In this document: in pieces, positions 1 through 12,106 of the stretch | Layout of the letters: each line of letters starts with the position of its first letter | How positions within the stretch are numbered: the first letter of the stretch is position 1 | Origin: Octopus sinensis | Taxonomy: Eukaryota | Assembly: GCF_006345805.1 (NCBI RefSeq) | Contig: NC_043004.1 | Coordinates: 21,204,001 to 21,268,000, forward strand | Direction of reading: 5' to 3' | DNA: 64,000 nt | Program-made: the position numbers and the translations under genes | The notes under the pieces: model-generated | The model's database searches: none | The model's input: the letters and a program-made list of their open reading frames with translations, nothing else | What the model was told of the DNA's origin: nothing

Positions 1-760
1 TTGCAAGTCAACTCCCCTTGATGGAGTGGGCCCATAGTATTGAGAGAGGTGGCTTCATTTCAGGTGGTGATAGATAAAAATATGCTTGAGGGACAGGTAT
101 GTGTATATTACTGTAGAGATGATACATGCCTACGCATATCATATAAGAGAGTGTGGGAGTTGCTGAAAGGAAAACAAAGGTGGTGGTGACAACATTTCAC
201 AGAATATCTTGATGGATTAGAAGATGAGTATAAGACAAAATATGGACAGAGAATTGGTAAGTGGGCAGGTAAGTGTGGAGGTTTATAAGAGTGTGAGAGG
301 AGAGTAGCAGATAGTTATAGATGAAGTAGAGGTGAGCAATGAAGAAGGGTGAGGATGTGATCGATGGCAAACATCAAGACAGAGGTGAGGTGGAAGATAT
401 AAGGGTCGTTCAAGAAAGAGAAGTACAGGAAGGATGGAAACTGGCAGAATAAAAAGCCTGCAGAGAGATAAGACAAAAATAAGGTGGTGTGTAGGGTTGG
501 GAGGTTGAGTAGGAAGGAGAGAAAGAGATAGAGAGAGATGTACGGTGACAGAGATGGAAAATAATAGCATATATGAGAGGGTATTAAAGATTAGGCATGG
601 CACTCCTAAGATGTAACAAAGAGAAGAGAGAGAGAGATAACTGAAGGTGCAGAATGAGGTGATCCATGGAAAATAGAGTGGGAAGTGATGATGCTGAGAA
701 TGATAGATGGATTTTAAAAGAAAGTGCTTCCAGTGGGAGGTAGAGGTTACTGGAAATATA
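1..760 (-). mobile_element. Decayed Penelope-like element remnant (purine-rich plus strand)
   Basis: Minus-strand translation gives P.SF.NS..L.D and T....GP....G.LTC, resembling the region leading into the GIY-YIG endonuclease of Penelope/Poseidon/Neptune-type PLEs; many stops; runs off the window start. Confidence 0.4.
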
Positions 761-867
761 GAGAGATTAAATTATACAGATTCTGTTCTCATATGATTGC
801 AGCAGCAGTATAAAGCCATAGTTGCAAGAATCATAGATGCATGAGTGTTGTGGAGAAAACAGGTACG

Positions 868-969
868 CATATATATGTATGTGTGTGTGTGTGTGTGTAT
901 GTATGTGTATATGTATGTATATACATATGTGTCTATATGCATATATGTGTCTATATGCATATATATGTA

Positions 970-1000
<31 letters not shown>

Positions 1001-1125
1001 GTATATGTGTGTATATACATATGTGTCTATATGCATATATGTGTCTATATGCATATATATGTATACATACATATACAGTTACATACATATAAATAAATAT
1101 ATATATATATGTGTGTGTGTGTGTG
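868..1125. repeat. Compound (TA)/(TG) microsatellite with duplicated ATATGTGTCTATATGCAT units
   Basis: Directly visible; explains ORFs 767-1139. Confidence 0.9.
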
Positions 1126-1313
1126 CTGGTGGCATGTAAAAAGCACCTACTACACTCACGGAGTGGTTGGCATTAGGAAGGGCATCCAGCTGTAGAAACA
1201 CTGCCAGATCAGACTCGAGCCTGGTGCAGCCTCCTGGCTTCCCAGATCCCGGTCGAACTGTCCAACCCATGCTAGCATGGAAAACGGACGTTAAACGATG
1301 ATGGTGATGATGA
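1121..1313 (+). mobile_element. SINE family C (ATG-tailed), 3' part
   Basis: AAAAAGCACC..ACTACACTC..GGAAGGGCATCCAGC..CATGCTAGCATGGAAAACGGACGTTAAACGATGATG; same sequence at 3236, 5515, 6146, 44718, 52503. Confidence 0.85.
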
Positions 1314-1900
1314 TATGTATATAATGTAATTTAGATTCAGTTGAATTAGGCACTTAAATTGAGGCACCTCGTTAGGATTAATTTATTGGCACACTCAAGC
1401 AATATTAGTAGAGCATCAAACACTACATATAAATTTTTCCACTCGATCTTCATGCAGTGTGTGCAGATGGCCTGGTCCAACTTAGTGAATAAATCCACTC
1501 TTGTTTGTTCAGACATGTACTTTATATAAAGATACTCTCCAAATACTTCAGAAGTGGAGATTCCAGGGTAGGTGAGTAAAATATAAATATGTAACAAAGA
1601 GGTATAAGTGTCTTCTTTAATCGATCAATGAAAGCATTACATCATTACAAAGAAAACTGTTCCTATCAGAGGATTGCATAAACCTCAAGCAAAAAGAACA
1701 AGTTAGATATTTAAACATATTCATATCATCAATAGAGGATAAATATTTACAATGATTCTGCAGGTAAATTTTTTGGCAAAATGAAGAAAGAACAGTACAT
1801 TGATAGAGGAGACAGAAACTATCATAGGCTACAGTAGGGGGAGAGATGAGGAGAGTAGTGACCCCGTTATCTATACATTGAAGACAATAGGGAGAATGTA

Positions 1901-2123
1901 TATTTCTTTACTACCCACAAGGGGTTAAACACAGAGGGGACAAACAAGGACAGACAAAGGGATTAAGTCGATTAAATCGACCCCAGTGCGTAACTGGTAC
2001 TTAATTTATCGACCCCGAAAGGATGAAAGGCAAAGTCGACCTCGGCGGAATTTGAACTCGGAACATAATGGACAGACGAAATACGGCTACGCATCTCGCC
2101 CGGCGTGCTAACGTTTCTGCCAA
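1901..2123 (-). mobile_element. SINE family B (tRNA-derived octopus-type SINE)
   Basis: Minus strand reads GGCAGAAACGTTAGCACGCCGGGCGA...GAGTTCAAATTCCGCCGAGGTCGAC (B-box-like) ...GTGGGTAGTAAAGAAATA; repeated at 15590, 26222, 35596, 60560. Confidence 0.85.
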
Positions 2124-3235
2124 GTAGTCTTCAAAACATCTAAAATTAGATCTTTAAGGAGTCATAAACTAATTAGTATCATGACAGACCATTCTACAAT
2201 CTGAGGAAATGGAACTTTACATCTGGCTATATCAACACCAAAGGGGTATGTCATGGGGTGGTAAACGAGAATGTCTGAAGGAGAAATGGGGATAATAGAA
2301 AGAGAAGAGGGGATAGGGATGGCTAATAAAGCATATTTTGATTGTCATATGAAAGGGGAATAAAAAGTGAACTGTAAAAAGGAATACCTCTTAAAGGATT
2401 ATGGGTGGGATATAAATTGAAGGAGTAAGTTTTTACCTTGATTTACTTATGCTGTCAAAGCAAAATGTAAACATATTGATATATAAAGCCTAGAAAGAAA
2501 TTTCAGATATAACTAAAGGAGTTAACATGTAATTTAATATATGATTATATAAGGTTGAAGCATATAGCGAAATTTATGAAAAAGATTAAATATTATAAAT
2601 TGCATTCAAATTTTTATGCTATAAAAACTTTAAAAATATAAGGAAATAAAAAAATAAAAATATAAATATAACCAAATATAAATATAGAATATAATATAAG
2701 AAAATATAAAAAAATGTAAAGGATATACATGCAAAAGCAAGAAAATATAAAACATAAAATATTTAATATATATGTAAAAAATATATAATTTTAGGTTCAC
2801 AGTACACAGTGGGATATATGAAAAAAATTTCAAAATTGTCAAAGTATTAATAAAACATACAAAAATTATGAAAAACATATGAAGAGTATATAAAATCTTA
2901 AGATATAAGAATTTAAGATATAAGATTTATAAAATATACGAGGAAATATAAGAAAATATTTCAAAGAAGAATTATACTAAAAGCTATAATAAAAAATTGC
3001 AAAAAAAAAGTTATATTGAAAAAATTCTTTTTTAAAAAGATTTTGTAAAAGTAAGCCAATAATAGATACTATACTAAGATATATAAAAAGGAAATAGGGC
3101 AATATAAAATGAAAATAAAGAAAATATTATAATGGAATTGTTATATAAATAGTTATAATTAGAATATTAATTAATAATTAATACTCAATGGAAATAAGCA
3201 TAAGTATCAAATCAGATATTAGAAAGCAGAACCAA

Positions 3236-3775
3236 AATCGAAGTTGATCAACATCAATGGAAATTGCGGCTGTGATACCAGTGCCGGTGACAAGTAAGCG
3301 AACCATCCGATTGTGGCCATTGCCAGCGCTGCCCCGACTGGCCTCCGTGCCGATGACACGTAAAAAGCACCATCCGTTCGTGGCCATTGCCAGCCTCGCC
3401 TGGCACATAAAAAGCACCGTCCGTTCGTGGCCGTTGCCAGCACCGCCCCGACTGGCCTCCGTGCCAGTGGCACGTAAAAGCACCATCCGTTCATGGCCGT
3501 TGCCAGCCTCGCCTGGCCCCCGTGCCGGTGGCACATAAAAGCACCATCCGTTCGTGGCCGTTTGCCAGCTCCGTCTGGCACCTGTGCGGGTGGCACGTAA
3601 AAAGCACCCACTACACTCGCAGAGTGGTTGGCGTTAGGAAGGGCATCCAGCCGTAGAAACACTGCCAGATCAGATTGGGCCTGATGCAGCCTTCTGGCTT
3701 CACAGACCCCAGGTGAACCGTCCAACCCATGCTAGCATGGAAAACGGACGCTAAATGATGATGATGATGATGATA
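3236..3775 (+). mobile_element. SINE family C, long copy with internal ~60-bp tandem repeats
   Basis: About four to five degenerate units GGCAC(G/A)TAAAAGCACC(A/G)TCCGTTCGTGGCC..GCCAGC at ~3340-3600, then the conserved 3' block and (ATG)n tail. Confidence 0.85.
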
Positions 3776-4099
3776 TACCGGGTTATAGTAGAGATAAAAT
3801 AGAATTGAATTTATCATTAGAAATAGGTTAAGAAAATATATTTAAAATGCACCAAAGAACAAGGATTGAGGTATGATAGTAACAGGTCATAGAGGGTATA
3901 TTTTATAATTAAGGGAGATTTGAAAATTAAGGACTCATTAGGAAAAAACAGTATAGATTCACCACTGGGACTGGGTAGGTGTATATTATGATTACTAAGA
4001 GTTAATAGATCAAATGAGTTAAAACAAATTTTTAGTCAGCAAAAATAAAATATGTATATACTATACTAAATAATTACTAGCTTCTAACGTATTTAAATG

Positions 4100-4492
4100 C
4101 ACGCTTAATATTATGAACACTTGACAGTCTAAGATCTAATTTATTATTAATCAAGTTGTTCTTATCTTTATATTTAAAAATTTCATACAACATCCATATC
4201 AGCTATTTATGTATGTTTGAGCTCTATGTACTAAATCCCATTTAAGACTGAAATCGATATTATTGTCTTTAAGCTCCCAGATTTTCATAGATAAAGAGCT
4301 TTATGCTTATTTCTAAAGGATAAAAAATGATTAATTCATTTTTTCCATATCTACTGAGCACCCTATATAAACAAAGTTATTATTTTCTGTCAGTATTGTA
4401 CATTTATAAACAATATTTCTTACTAAACATTCACCTGATAGTAGGCAGAGAGATCTTTCCCTACAATTGCAACTGCGATTATTATTATTATC

Positions 4493-4549
<57 letters not shown>

Positions 4550-4980
4550 GTTATTATTATTATTATTATTATAATTATTATCATTAACATTTCTCCTATT
4601 ATTCATATTTGTACTGTCTTCATACATGGTACTGTTCAAATTCCTAGAAGTATTATTAAGTGTTATGTTATCATTTCTCAAGTTATTATCATTTGTATTA
4701 TTACATAAATTTATATTAATGCTACTCTCTTAGATTCTACCATTAGATGTTGTGCAACTAACATCTAATGGCTGCACATAGGATACCTGGGGAATCCTCG
4801 GTACATCATTGTCTTCATTACAATTAGTTATGTTATCTATATTGTTTCTGGCTAAGTTTGGGTTATTAGTGCTATCACTGGTATTATTGGTATTTACATA
4901 CATAAGTCTCTTAGAATTGTTACTAGGGGTTAATTTGCTAAAACTATTATAATAATCACTTCCATTGGAAGTATAAATAT
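4100..4980 (-). mobile_element. Penelope-like element remnant: C-terminal GIY-YIG endonuclease with Asn-rich linker
   Basis: ORF 4331-4681 reads CNCRERSLCLLSGECLVRNIVYK...VYIG; after a frameshift it continues LSMKIWELKDNNIDFSLKWDLVHRAQTY, matching PLE GIY-YIG endonucleases. Confidence 0.75.
4478..4586. repeat. (ATT)n microsatellite inside the PLE frame
   Basis: Directly visible; encodes the poly-Asn run of ORF 4331-4681. Confidence 0.95.
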
Positions 4981-5026
4981 TTGAATAATATGTATATGTA
5001 TACATATATATGCATATAGATATATG

Positions 5027-5109
<83 letters not shown>

Positions 5110-5136
5110 CATACATATATATGTATATACATACAT

Positions 5137-5342
5137 AGGGAGAATTCACAAAAATAGCAAATGACGAAGAATGGTGGTGTAGACAACAAACAGATGTATT
5201 AGTATAATGCTCAAGAAGTGAAAAATTCTTTAACATTTTGAGCCTGCACTCTTCCACAGAACGGAACACAGAAAGAAGCAAGGAGAGAAAATAAAGAGAG
5301 AAAATAATGAATGTGTAGTGGCTAGCGATCTATCATGGCAAA
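5137..5342 (-). mobile_element. Probable PLE pseudo-LTR fragment between TA arrays
   Basis: Non-coding island flanked by (TA)n; minus strand has TGGAAGAG-tgcagg-CTCAAAATGT, resembling a decayed minimal hammerhead; lies next to the PLE endonuclease remnant. Confidence 0.4.
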
Positions 5343-5344
5343 TG

Positions 5345-5381
<37 letters not shown>

Positions 5382-5449
5382 CTTATATATATATATATAT
5401 ACTTATATATATACATATACTTATATATATATACATGTATATATATATA

Positions 5450-5482
<33 letters not shown>

Positions 5483-5514
5483 TATGTATGTTTGTATATA
5501 TATAATATATATAC

Positions 5515-6075
5515 CATCGTTTAACGTCCGCTTTCCCTGCTAGCACGGGTTGGACGGTTTGACCGGGGTCTGGGAAGCCAGGAGGCTGCACCAGGCTCCA
5601 GTCTGATCTGGCAGTGTTTCTACAGCTGGATGCCCTTCCTAACGCCAACCACTCCGTGAGTGTAGTGGGTGCTTTTTACGTGCCAGGGGAGGCTGGCAGT
5701 GGCCCTGATCGGTTGGTGCTTTTTACGTGCCACCGGCACAGAAGCCAGTCAAGGCGGCGCTGGCATCGGCCACGTTCGGATGGTGCTTCGGCCACATTCA
5801 GATGGTGCTTTTAACATGCCACCGGTACAAGTGTCGTAACTACAATTTCCATTTGATATTTATTTTGATATTGATATTGATGTTGATGTACTTGACTCAA
5901 AGGGTCTCCTCAAGCACAGCAGGTCATTCTGCAATCCAAGTACTTTAAATGCGCTGGGGCTATGCGAAACTGGTGCAAGAAGCAGCCTGGCTCTTTGCAG
6001 TCACAGCATATCTCCAGAGATCTCGGTCCCTTGTCATTGCCTCTGTGAGACCCAATGCTCAGAGGTGATGCTTGA
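5515..6075 (-). mobile_element. SINE family C
   Basis: Reverse complement of the 3236-3775 element (CATCGTTTAACGTCCGC...GGATGCCCTTCCTAACGCCAACCAC). Confidence 0.85.
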
Positions 6076-6104
6076 CTACCTCATCCCATGTCTTCCTGGG
6101 TCTA

Positions 6105-6145
<41 letters not shown>

Positions 6146-6149
<4 letters not shown>

Positions 6150-6572
6150 TCATCATCATCGTCGTTTAACGTCCGTTCTCCATGCTAGCATGGGTTGGAC
6201 GGTTCGACCGGGGTTCTGGGAAGCCAGAAGGCTGCACCAGGCTCCAGTCTAATTTGGCAATGTTTCTACAGCTGGATGCCCTTCCTAACGCCAACCACTC
6301 CGTGAGTGTAGTGGGTGCTTTTTACGTGCCACCTGCACAGGTGCCAGGCGGGGCTGGCAACGGCCACGGTCAGATTGGTGTATTTTATGTGCCACCGGCA
6401 CGGAAGCCAGTCGAGGCGGTGCTGGCATCGGCCACGAGTCGGATAGTGCTTTTTACGTACCACCAGACCAGGGATCCTGGCTGGTTCAATTCGATTTCGA
6501 TTTCGCTTGCCCCAACATGTCTTCACAAGCAAAGGGGGTTGGCAAGGGTGCCTGTCGTACGGTCACATTGGA
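6146..6572 (-). mobile_element. SINE family C
   Basis: (CAT)n followed by CGTTTAACGTCCGTTCTCCATGCTAGCATGGG...; internal repeat units present. Confidence 0.85.
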
Positions 6573-7180
6573 GTATATATATATATATATATTTATACAC
6601 ACACACACACATATAATATATTATAATATTATATATATATTATATATTAATAACTATGGAAGACTGGCGGGAATATTATCTGCATATTCTGCAAGAGCTA
6701 GGTTGCTATTTAGTTAGATAATTTAGGAGTTCGTTATAGGTTTACTTAATGAATTTATTTACCACTACTGCTTTCGTACACAGGTTAAATGTGTTTTTTG
6801 TTTTTATTTAATTAACAATGTCAGCATTTAATCTTTCCTAGAATTAAGATTGAATGCATGTGGCGATGTGGTGATATATATGGCATGTTTGTTCCCAAAC
6901 AACACTTACTTTAGTGCTGTTGACACTGCCAGATTGAACGGTACCGACCAGGTGTGTCAAAACCATAGTGATATCCATGGGGCAGCTGATGATGGAGATA
7001 TGTTAGATTGTTGGTATGGCTGTTATTGTATGAGCAAAATAGTTTTATAAGACATCTATTTGATATATATATGTGTATATGTGTGTGTGTGTGTGTATAT
7101 ATGTGTGTGTGTGTGTACATATATATGTATATATAGATATACATACATATATACCTAAATTTTGTATGTTTGTATGTGTA

Positions 7181-7240
<60 letters not shown>

Positions 7241-7640
7241 TACACACACATATAGATAAATAGACAGACAGATAAACATTATCAACCACATATACTTAAC
7301 ATATATGCATTGTGCTGGTAGGCTGTGATTTGGCAATTCTGAGAACACTCCCACACTCCCTCAAAGCGCTGAGTATTAAAAAACTTGAGTGCTATGGATA
7401 TGTGAGATAAATCACCGCTAGTCACATCTGGGTGTGATGGACATCAACGTTCATCATTTTTGTGTATTGTTAACATCATTTATCTGAACAGGGACAGAGA
7501 TGAACCACTTAGCTAGTCCACAACTTACATGCATATAACAATCTATACTTAAGAATAAATTCAAATATGAAATGGAGGCAGGTCTAGTGTGACAAATGTT
7601 ATCAATCACATAGACTGAATCCATAAATCATGAACATCTG

Positions 7641-7776
7641 CCAGTAGGCTGTGTATTTGGTGAGGTGAAGAATACTCTTTCAAAGCTCTGGGTGTTAAAT
7701 GACCTAAAAGTTAGGTACTTTAACACTCAGCACTTTTGAAGAATATTCTCCACTTCTCTAAATCCCAGCCTACTGG
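7641..7776. mobile_element. Fold-back MITE-like element (~60-bp imperfect inverted arms)
   Basis: CCAGTAGGCTG...GTGTTAAA pairs with TTTAACAC...CAGCCTACTGG; a half copy lies at ~7316-7380. Confidence 0.65.
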
Positions 7777-7847
7777 GAAAGGCATGTGCCAAATGTGATA
7801 AGTATATATGGCTGATAATGTTTACTACACTATTTCATATTTGAATA

Positions 7848-8327
7848 TCTATTATATAAAATCCGTTCTGTCTGTCTATCTGTCTGTGTGTGTGTCTTCT
7901 AGGATCTCGGGCATTCTCTATCCGATTGCGCTCAAATTTGACATGTAGATACCGATGGTATCAGAGCATGTATCAGTCTTGAAAAAATTACAAAAATCAA
8001 TTCCAGGTGAAAATGCAATCGATAAAGCAGTGGGAACGTGCATTTGTATGCACTAAGTACATCAGTCGAAATCCGTTTTTTGCTGGTGTCTCAAATTTAG
8101 GTTATATCAGTGTTTCTCAAAGGGGAGGCCTATGGGACGGTTGGACAAGTTGCTTTGAGAGCATTTGGTTTAAATGTTTGACAACTCAGCACTGTCCATT
8201 GGACGAGGGCGTTTTGCTCGTATATGTATATATATATATATATATATATACATAAATATATATATGTATATTTGGTTTAAATGTTTGACAACTCAGCACC
8301 GTCCATTGGACGAGGGCGTTTTGATCG

Positions 8328-8330
<3 letters not shown>
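7848..8330 (+). mobile_element. Non-autonomous Helitron-like/HINE-like element
   Basis: Begins A|TCTATTATATAAAA followed by (CTGT)n; 3' hairpin ACGAG...CTCGT; terminal ~57 bp duplicated. A canonical CTRR end is not evident. Confidence 0.45.
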
Positions 8331-8373
<43 letters not shown>

Positions 8374-8889
8374 AATACATATATGTATATTTGCGTGTGT
8401 GTGTGTTTATATGTTTATATACATATATACATATGTACATGTGTACATATATATATATATAAATATATATATAGATGTACATATATATACTTATGTGTGT
8501 ATGTGTGCATGTGTGTAGCTCATAGAAATATAAAGAGTTTCCCTGTGATTTTCCATCTTTCTGTTTAACGTAATCTACTTGAATTGTAACAAACTTACCT
8601 CAAAATGATATTAAAAATAAAAAGTGCAAAAGAATATATAATTCCTGTAAACAACAAGATAAGACCAAATAAATGAATGACAAGAACAGTAATGACACCA
8701 TTCACTGATATAAGCCAATCCAGTGCTTTGGTGATTACCTTCAGCAACCAAGAATAACACTTGCTCTAGCATTTTCTTTCTCATACTGCTTTAGTTTTTA
8801 TATCTCAGTAAGGAAAATGACACAAATATATATAAATTCACACACCATACATAAAAGCATAAAAAGTTAGAATAGAACTATAAGTATAT

Positions 8890-9025
8890 ATTCTTGTCTG
8901 TAAATATATGTGTATATGTTTATGTGTGTGTATATATATATATATATACATACATACATATATATATACATATATACATATATATATATATATATGTATA
9001 TATGTATATGCATATGTATATATAT

Positions 9026-9058
<33 letters not shown>

Positions 9059-9125
9059 TGTGTGTATATGTATATATATATATGTATATATATATGTATA
9101 TATGTATATGTATATATATATATAT

Positions 9126-9169
<44 letters not shown>

Positions 9170-9170
9170 G

Positions 9171-9203
<33 letters not shown>

Positions 9204-9204
9204 G

Positions 9205-9236
<32 letters not shown>

Positions 9237-9256
9237 TAAGTATATATATATATATG

Positions 9257-9296
<40 letters not shown>

Positions 9297-9320
9297 CCTA
9301 CATATGTATAAGTATATATC
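8890..9320. repeat. Compound (TA)/(TATG) microsatellite
   Basis: Directly visible. Confidence 0.95.
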
Positions 9321-9479
9321 TGGCTGATTGGAAGCTATGGCTTAGTAGTCGAAAATTTTCATTTCTTTTTCAAATTCCGTTTATCCCTCAATAGGTATGT
9401 ATGATTGCACTAAAGCTGGGAATATTATGACTGGTAATGTGCAGAGAATACACTTTTCTTTCTGTTTTTTCTTATTTGT

Positions 9480-9510
<31 letters not shown>

Positions 9511-9880
9511 CACTACCACCACCACCACTAATACTGCCGCCACCAACACCACTACCACTAATACTGCCACCACCACCACCAATACTGCTGCCACTGCCAA
9601 CACTACTACTACAACCACCACTAATACTGCTGCCACTGCCAACACTACTACTACTACCACTACTACCACTACCACCAACACCACTAATACACTCGGCACT
9701 GCCACCACCACCACCACAACTACTACTTCTATACTACCACTACCACCACCACCACCACCACTAATACCGCCACCAACGCCACCACCACCACCACCACTAC
9801 AACTACTATTACTACTACTACTACTTCTAACAACAACAACAACACCATCTATTACAATAGTAGGAACAACGACAACAATG
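9480..9880. repeat. Compound (ACT)/(ACC)/(AAC) trinucleotide array
   Basis: Directly visible; explains the poly-Thr/Pro and poly-Val/Gly ORFs at 9437-9981. Confidence 0.95.
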
Positions 9881-10455
9881 TTGTTGCTACAGTTTTTAGT
9901 AGCTTTGTGACACTGATATTTTTCTTTTTTTTTGCTTTTCCCAATAAATTTTTCCTGCTCCTTGTCACACCTGATTAACACTGCAAATATTTACTGTCAT
10001 AAATACAGCTATAAGGAATTTTACTCCCAGTTTCCTCTCCCTCTCTCTCTCTCTAGCTCTGCAGGTGCATATGCATGTGTATGTGTGTGTGTGTGTGTGT
10101 GTGCATTTGTGTCATCTATCGATTATTTACTAATACTAATAGTCAAATTGACTCTTCTAGAATTTTATTGTATTTTATTGGTTTCTCCATGAAAAGGAAT
10201 CAAAGCTTATTCTAACACTGCTTGAAGTCATTGCACATATAAGGATTTCTACTGTCTTCTTGTGATTTCTAACTCCAGCTCACAGATATAACAACACATC
10301 ACATGATCACAGGGCAATAAGGGCTTAACCCTTAATATTCAGATTATTCTGTTGACTCTTGTGATTATTTGTTCACATTGTTTTGAATTACTCATTTGTT
10401 ATCTTTTTGACTGAGAATCTGACGATATGCTTTTTTTGATTTTTCGTATGATATA

Positions 10456-10876
10456 GGCATAGGAGTGGCTGTGTGGTAAGTAGCTTGCTTATGAACCATA
10501 TGGTTCTGGCTTCAAGTCCCACTGTGTGACACCTTGGGCAAGTGTCTTCTACTATAGCCTTGGGCCGACCAAAGCCTTGTGAGTGGATTTGGTAGAAATA
10601 AAACTGAAAACAGCCTGTCGTATATATGTATATATATATATGTGTGTATGTGTGTGTGTGTATGTTTGTGTGTCTGTGTTTGTCCTCCCAACATCACTTG
10701 ACAACCGATGCTGGTGTGTTTACGTCCCTGTAACTTAGTGGTTCAACAAAAGAGACCGATAGAATAAGTACTAGGATTACAAAGAATAAGTCCTGAGGTC
10801 GATTTGCTCAACTAAAGGCAGTGCTCCAGCATAGCCACAGTTAAATGACTGAAACAAGTAAAATAGTAAAAGAGTA
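10456..10876 (+). mobile_element. SINE family A (tRNA-derived, CORE-like central block)
   Basis: GGAGTGGCTGTGTGGTAAG (A-box-like) ...CACCTTGGGCAAGTGTC..., internal (TA)(TG) tract, tail TGACTGAAACAAGTAAAA; copies at 17345, 29073, 29432, 62786. Confidence 0.9.
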
Positions 10877-11190
10877 TATTGTAGGGAAGGTGTGAGACGC
10901 AGAGTATGGTCAGTTTGAACATAAAAGAGATAGAATATTTGGGTCAGATATGGCCAGTTTAAACACCAAAGGGTTAATATTACAAAGCCACAATCCTATA
11001 AGGACATACTACCACAGCCGTAGGGTTACAAAATCACGAATCTACAAGTCTGCAAAGGCATTAGGCCACATTGCTACAGATTCACAAAACCAATAATGTT
11101 ACTGGGCCAAATATTTGTAGAGATTGCAAATCATCATCATCATTGTCGTCGTCATCATCATGATCCTCATCATCAGCATTTTATGATGTA

Positions 11191-11586
11191 CTAGCAGTAT
11201 CGCCCGGCGTTGCTCGGGTTTGTAAGGGAAATAACTATATAAGCATTTTTAGAGATGTAAAGTATAATAGCCATCTCAATATGGCTAACCACAAAGTGGG
11301 GGTGTTACTGTAGCTTTTTACGTTCTGAGATTTAATAATAAATTTTTAGAGAGTTACTTCCCTTATATATGCCAAAAATGCCTTAAAAATGGGAAAAATT
11401 GATGGTAATTTTTTTTTTAAATCGTAGACTCATCGTAGATGCGCGCTAATACCCAGAAGGGCTCGATATGAATCACGACTATAAGATACCCGGTTTTGGT
11501 TAAACTGCACTGAAAAATGTGGGAGTAGTTAGGAATCTAAATCGTAGGAGACAGACAGCACACAACCTTACTTTTATATATAAAGA
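11191..11586 (-). mobile_element. Non-autonomous Helitron (396 bp, both termini intact)
   Basis: Minus strand A|TCTTTATATATAAAAG ... hairpin CCCGAGCAACGCCGGG (11203-11218) ... CTAG|T: 5' TC, subterminal hairpin, 3' CTAG, inserted in AT with no TSD. Confidence 0.85.
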
Positions 11587-12006
11587 TAGACAATGAAATT
11601 AAGTCTGATAACTCTGTGTGAAACGATTTTTGTCCTTCGGTAATAACTGTTTTTTTCCTATTTGCTTGCTCCTAAAATACATAAAAATAGTAAATATTTC
11701 CTTCAAACTTTACTTTTGTTACATCTATTCAGACCCCATCCATCCAGCTATCTGCATTTTATTGCCAACTCAGTAAATCACATTTGGAAAGATGTAACAT
11801 TACTTATGTGAAACTTAGGTGTACACTGACTTTGAGTCAGAGATCACAATCCCTCCTGGGCCAGTTATTACTTCGCACCACAGGTCAAATGTAACTAATT
11901 AACATTTCTTGTTTCTTCTGTGCACTCACATTATAAGCACCAGTTTTCCCCATAAAGTCATATGGTTGATGAGAAATTTATAACAGATTTACCAAATATA
12001 CACCAA

Positions 12007-12106
12007 CTGATGATGATGATGATGATGATGATGACGACGATGACGACGACGATGATGATGATGGCACTGATGATGATGATGGCACTGATGATGATGATGA
12101 TGATGA
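12007..12106. repeat. (GAT)/(GAC) microsatellite
   Basis: Directly visible. Confidence 0.9.

Noticed and set aside
3900-3960. CTAATGAGTC on the minus strand downstream of the PLE endonuclease, as a possible hammerhead core
   Set aside because: No GAAA/stem III/UH in the right position.
10456-10540. tRNA-like heads of SINE families A and B
   Set aside because: A/B-box-like motifs are present but no complete cloverleaf; they continue into SINE bodies, so they are not called tRNA genes.
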